Shown: positions 62,293 to 64,000 of the stretch, piece by piece
Layout: every line of letters begins with the position of its first letter
Numbering within the stretch: the first letter of the stretch is position 1
Translations under genes and position numbers: made by a program
Assembly: GCA_963662585.1 (NCBI GenBank)
Contig: OY759729.1
Coordinates: 640,001 to 704,000 of the forward strand
DNA from: Candidatus Cloacimonadales bacterium
Lineage (GTDB): Bacteria > Cloacimonadota > Cloacimonadia > Cloacimonadales > JAFGVF01
DNA length: 64,000 bases
Direction of reading: 5' to 3'
Notes under the pieces: model-generated
Seen by the model: the letters and a program-made list of their open reading frames with translations, nothing else
What the model was told of the DNA's origin: nothing
Database searches by the model: none

Positions 62293-63091
62293 TTTTTTCT
62301 CTCTCATTACAGAAATCACAGCCGATTCCCTTGCGTGGACATTTTTCTCTACATCTTTGACATAGAATACACTCACTATCTATGACTTTAGGTTTTTCAT
62401 CAACAGCTATCTGCATAGGACAGTTTCCTGAACATAACTCACAGTTTACGCACATTTCTTTATTAATTTTGAGCATAACTCTTGGTATCTTTAAGAAGTT
62501 ACTTACTTTTAAAAGAATATTCATTAAAGCACCATAAGGGCAAAGATAACGACAAGCAAAGCGTTCGATAAATACTGAGCCTACTACAAAAATGAAGAGT
62601 ATTATAGCACTGATGATGAAGAAATTACCTATATTTGCAAAAGCAATTACTGGACAGGCATTCATATAAATCCACTGAATTAAGAAATAAGCAAAAACAA
62701 TATTCATCAGCAGAATAAAGTACTTGAGATACTTCAGACGCTTATGCCACTTATCTGAGATTACTGCCTTGATTTTTCCCTTTTTTTTAGGATTTGTTAC
62801 TCTATATAAGACTTCTTGGATAGCCCCAAGGGGACAAAGCCAACCACAAAACAATCTTCCCGTAAGGGGAGTTAAAAGCAAAATTAGGAGGCCAATAGCT
62901 GAACCTATTATAAAAGGATTACTAGTAAAAAATCCCTTCAAAGTAGGAATACCAAAACAAACAAAAGAATAAGGGCATAGTCCATGCGGATTTATGTTTA
63001 TAACTCCCATTCTCATTAATAAAATTGCCGTTCCTGTTGCTAGAGTTATCAGCACAAGTAGAGCAAATCTGAATATCATCAGCTTTTTCAT
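62279..63091 (-). CDS. NapH/MauN/YccM-like membrane 4Fe-4S protein
   Basis: About 4-5 TM segments; GRLFCGWLCPLG and RFACRYLCPYG (CxxxCP); two C-terminal CxxCxxCxxxCP motifs. Confidence 0.9.
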   Translation of the reverse strand: MKKLMIFRFALLVLITLATGTAILLMRMGVININPHGLCPYSFVCFGIPTLKGFFTSNPFIIGSAIGLLILLLTPLTGRLFCGWLCPLGAIQEVLYRVTNPKKKGKIKAVISDKWHKRLKYLKYFILLMNIVFAYFLIQWIYMNACPVIAFANIGNFFIISAIILFIFVVGSVFIERFACRYLCPYGALMNILLKVSNFLKIPRVMLKINKEMCVNCELCSGNCPMQIAVDEKPKVIDSECILCQRCREKCPRKGIGCDFCNEREKNEKN

Positions 63092-64000
63092 TTTTTACTC
63101 TTATTAATTAATTCTTTTAAAAACTCAATAAACTTATCGAGATCTTCTTTTCTTGTATCAAAAGAACACATTAATCTTATTTCTCCAGTAAATTCATCCC
63201 ATGTGTAGAAGAAATATTCTTCTCTTAAAGGCTCAATAATATCTTTATTCAAAAGAGCAAAAAGAGCATTTGCCTGAATCTCTTGCGTTAAAGTGATTTC
63301 CGGAATTTTAGATAATTCTTCATATAAGTATTGAGCCATATTTTTAGCGTTTTTAGCATTATCATACCAGAGATTATCACTTAAATAAGCTAACCACTGG
63401 GCTGAGCTATATCTCATTTTGGAATACAACTGCATTCCCATTTTGCGTAGATACTTCATTCCTGAAGATAACTCTGGTCGGAAAGAAACTATTGATTCAG
63501 CTAACATAGCCCCATTTTTAGTCGCGCCAAAAGAGAGAATATCAATTCCAGTATGAGTGGTTAAATCAGCAAAAGAACAGCCTAAAGCTACGACAGCATT
63601 GGCTAATCTCGCTCCATCAAGGTGAACATAAATTCCCCGACTATGAGCAAAATCAACTATTGCTTTAATTTCTTCAACTGTATAAATTGAGCCATACTCA
63701 GTAACTTGTGAGATTGAGATTATTCTTGGCTGAACATGATGCTCATCACCAACTCCAAAGATTGCCTTTTCTATAAGTTCTGGAGTTAACTTACCATTTT
63801 TAGTATCAACGATAATTAATTTACTACCTGTAAAATGCTCTGGTGCACCACATTCATCTACATTGATATGAGCTGATTTTGCACAAATAACAGCTTCATA
63901 AGGCTTCAAGAAATTCTGTAAAGAAAGAACATTTGCCCCTGTTCCTGTTAGAACAAAATAGACATCAATATCATTTCCAAAAACTTCTTTAAACTTATCT
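63088..64000 (-). CDS. ltaE: Low-specificity L-threonine aldolase, 5'-truncated by the window end
   Basis: Frame open to the window end (…VYFVLTGTGANVLSL…); 'AHI..DECGAP', 'HLDGARLANA' and 'SFGATKNG' (PLP lysine). Confidence 0.9.
   Translation of the reverse strand, partial: DKFKEVFGNDIDVYFVLTGTGANVLSLQNFLKPYEAVICAKSAHINVDECGAPEHFTGSKLIIVDTKNGKLTPELIEKAIFGVGDEHHVQPRIISISQVTEYGSIYTVEEIKAIVDFAHSRGIYVHLDGARLANAVVALGCSFADLTTHTGIDILSFGATKNGAMLAESIVSFRPELSSGMKYLRKMGMQLYSKMRYSSAQWLAYLSDNLWYDNAKNAKNMAQYLYEELSKIPEITLTQEIQANALFALLNKDIIEPLREEYFFYTWDEFTGEIRLMCSFDTRKEDLDKFIEFLKELINKSKK

Overview
This is a low-GC bacterial chromosome segment. Several secreted proteins carry a 'YN(I/L)KGQ..SG.Y' C-terminal sorting domain and LptF/G are present, which suggests an FCB-group diderm, most likely Candidatus Cloacimonadota (inference). 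In order, the window holds: a housekeeping block (ligA, lptF, lptG, aspartate kinase, metG, SpoIID-like, ribD, nadE, NifU-like) with GC-rich REP-like palindrome mosaics between genes; an AAA-ATPase/RloB (AbiL-like) pair; a ~19 kb Wzx/Wzy exopolysaccharide operon similar in gene content to the Vibrio syp locus, with an added Pol-beta-type nucleotidyltransferase, a uridine kinase, degenerate phosphoglycosyl-transferase domains and three tandem STAS genes; copper/heavy-metal genes; four tRNAs; a sugar-binding protein plus hybrid histidine kinase; and mixed enzymes. The best candidate for an undescribed system is the operon at 40918-44682. It encodes four exported proteins with 2x[4Fe-4S] ferredoxin motifs (two signal-peptide forms, one lipoprotein, one fused to a surface-sorting CTD), a putative outer-membrane beta-barrel and a DsbD_2-type membrane protein. 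A fifth exported ferredoxin next to a NapH-like membrane polyferredoxin lies at 61984-63091. Together these could form a cytochrome-free Fe-S electron conduit across the envelope, or alternatively a metal-binding system. Two genes (copA and a peptidase S51) are each split by an apparent 1-nt deletion and may be assembly errors. All protein calls come from motif recognition by eye; no searches were run.
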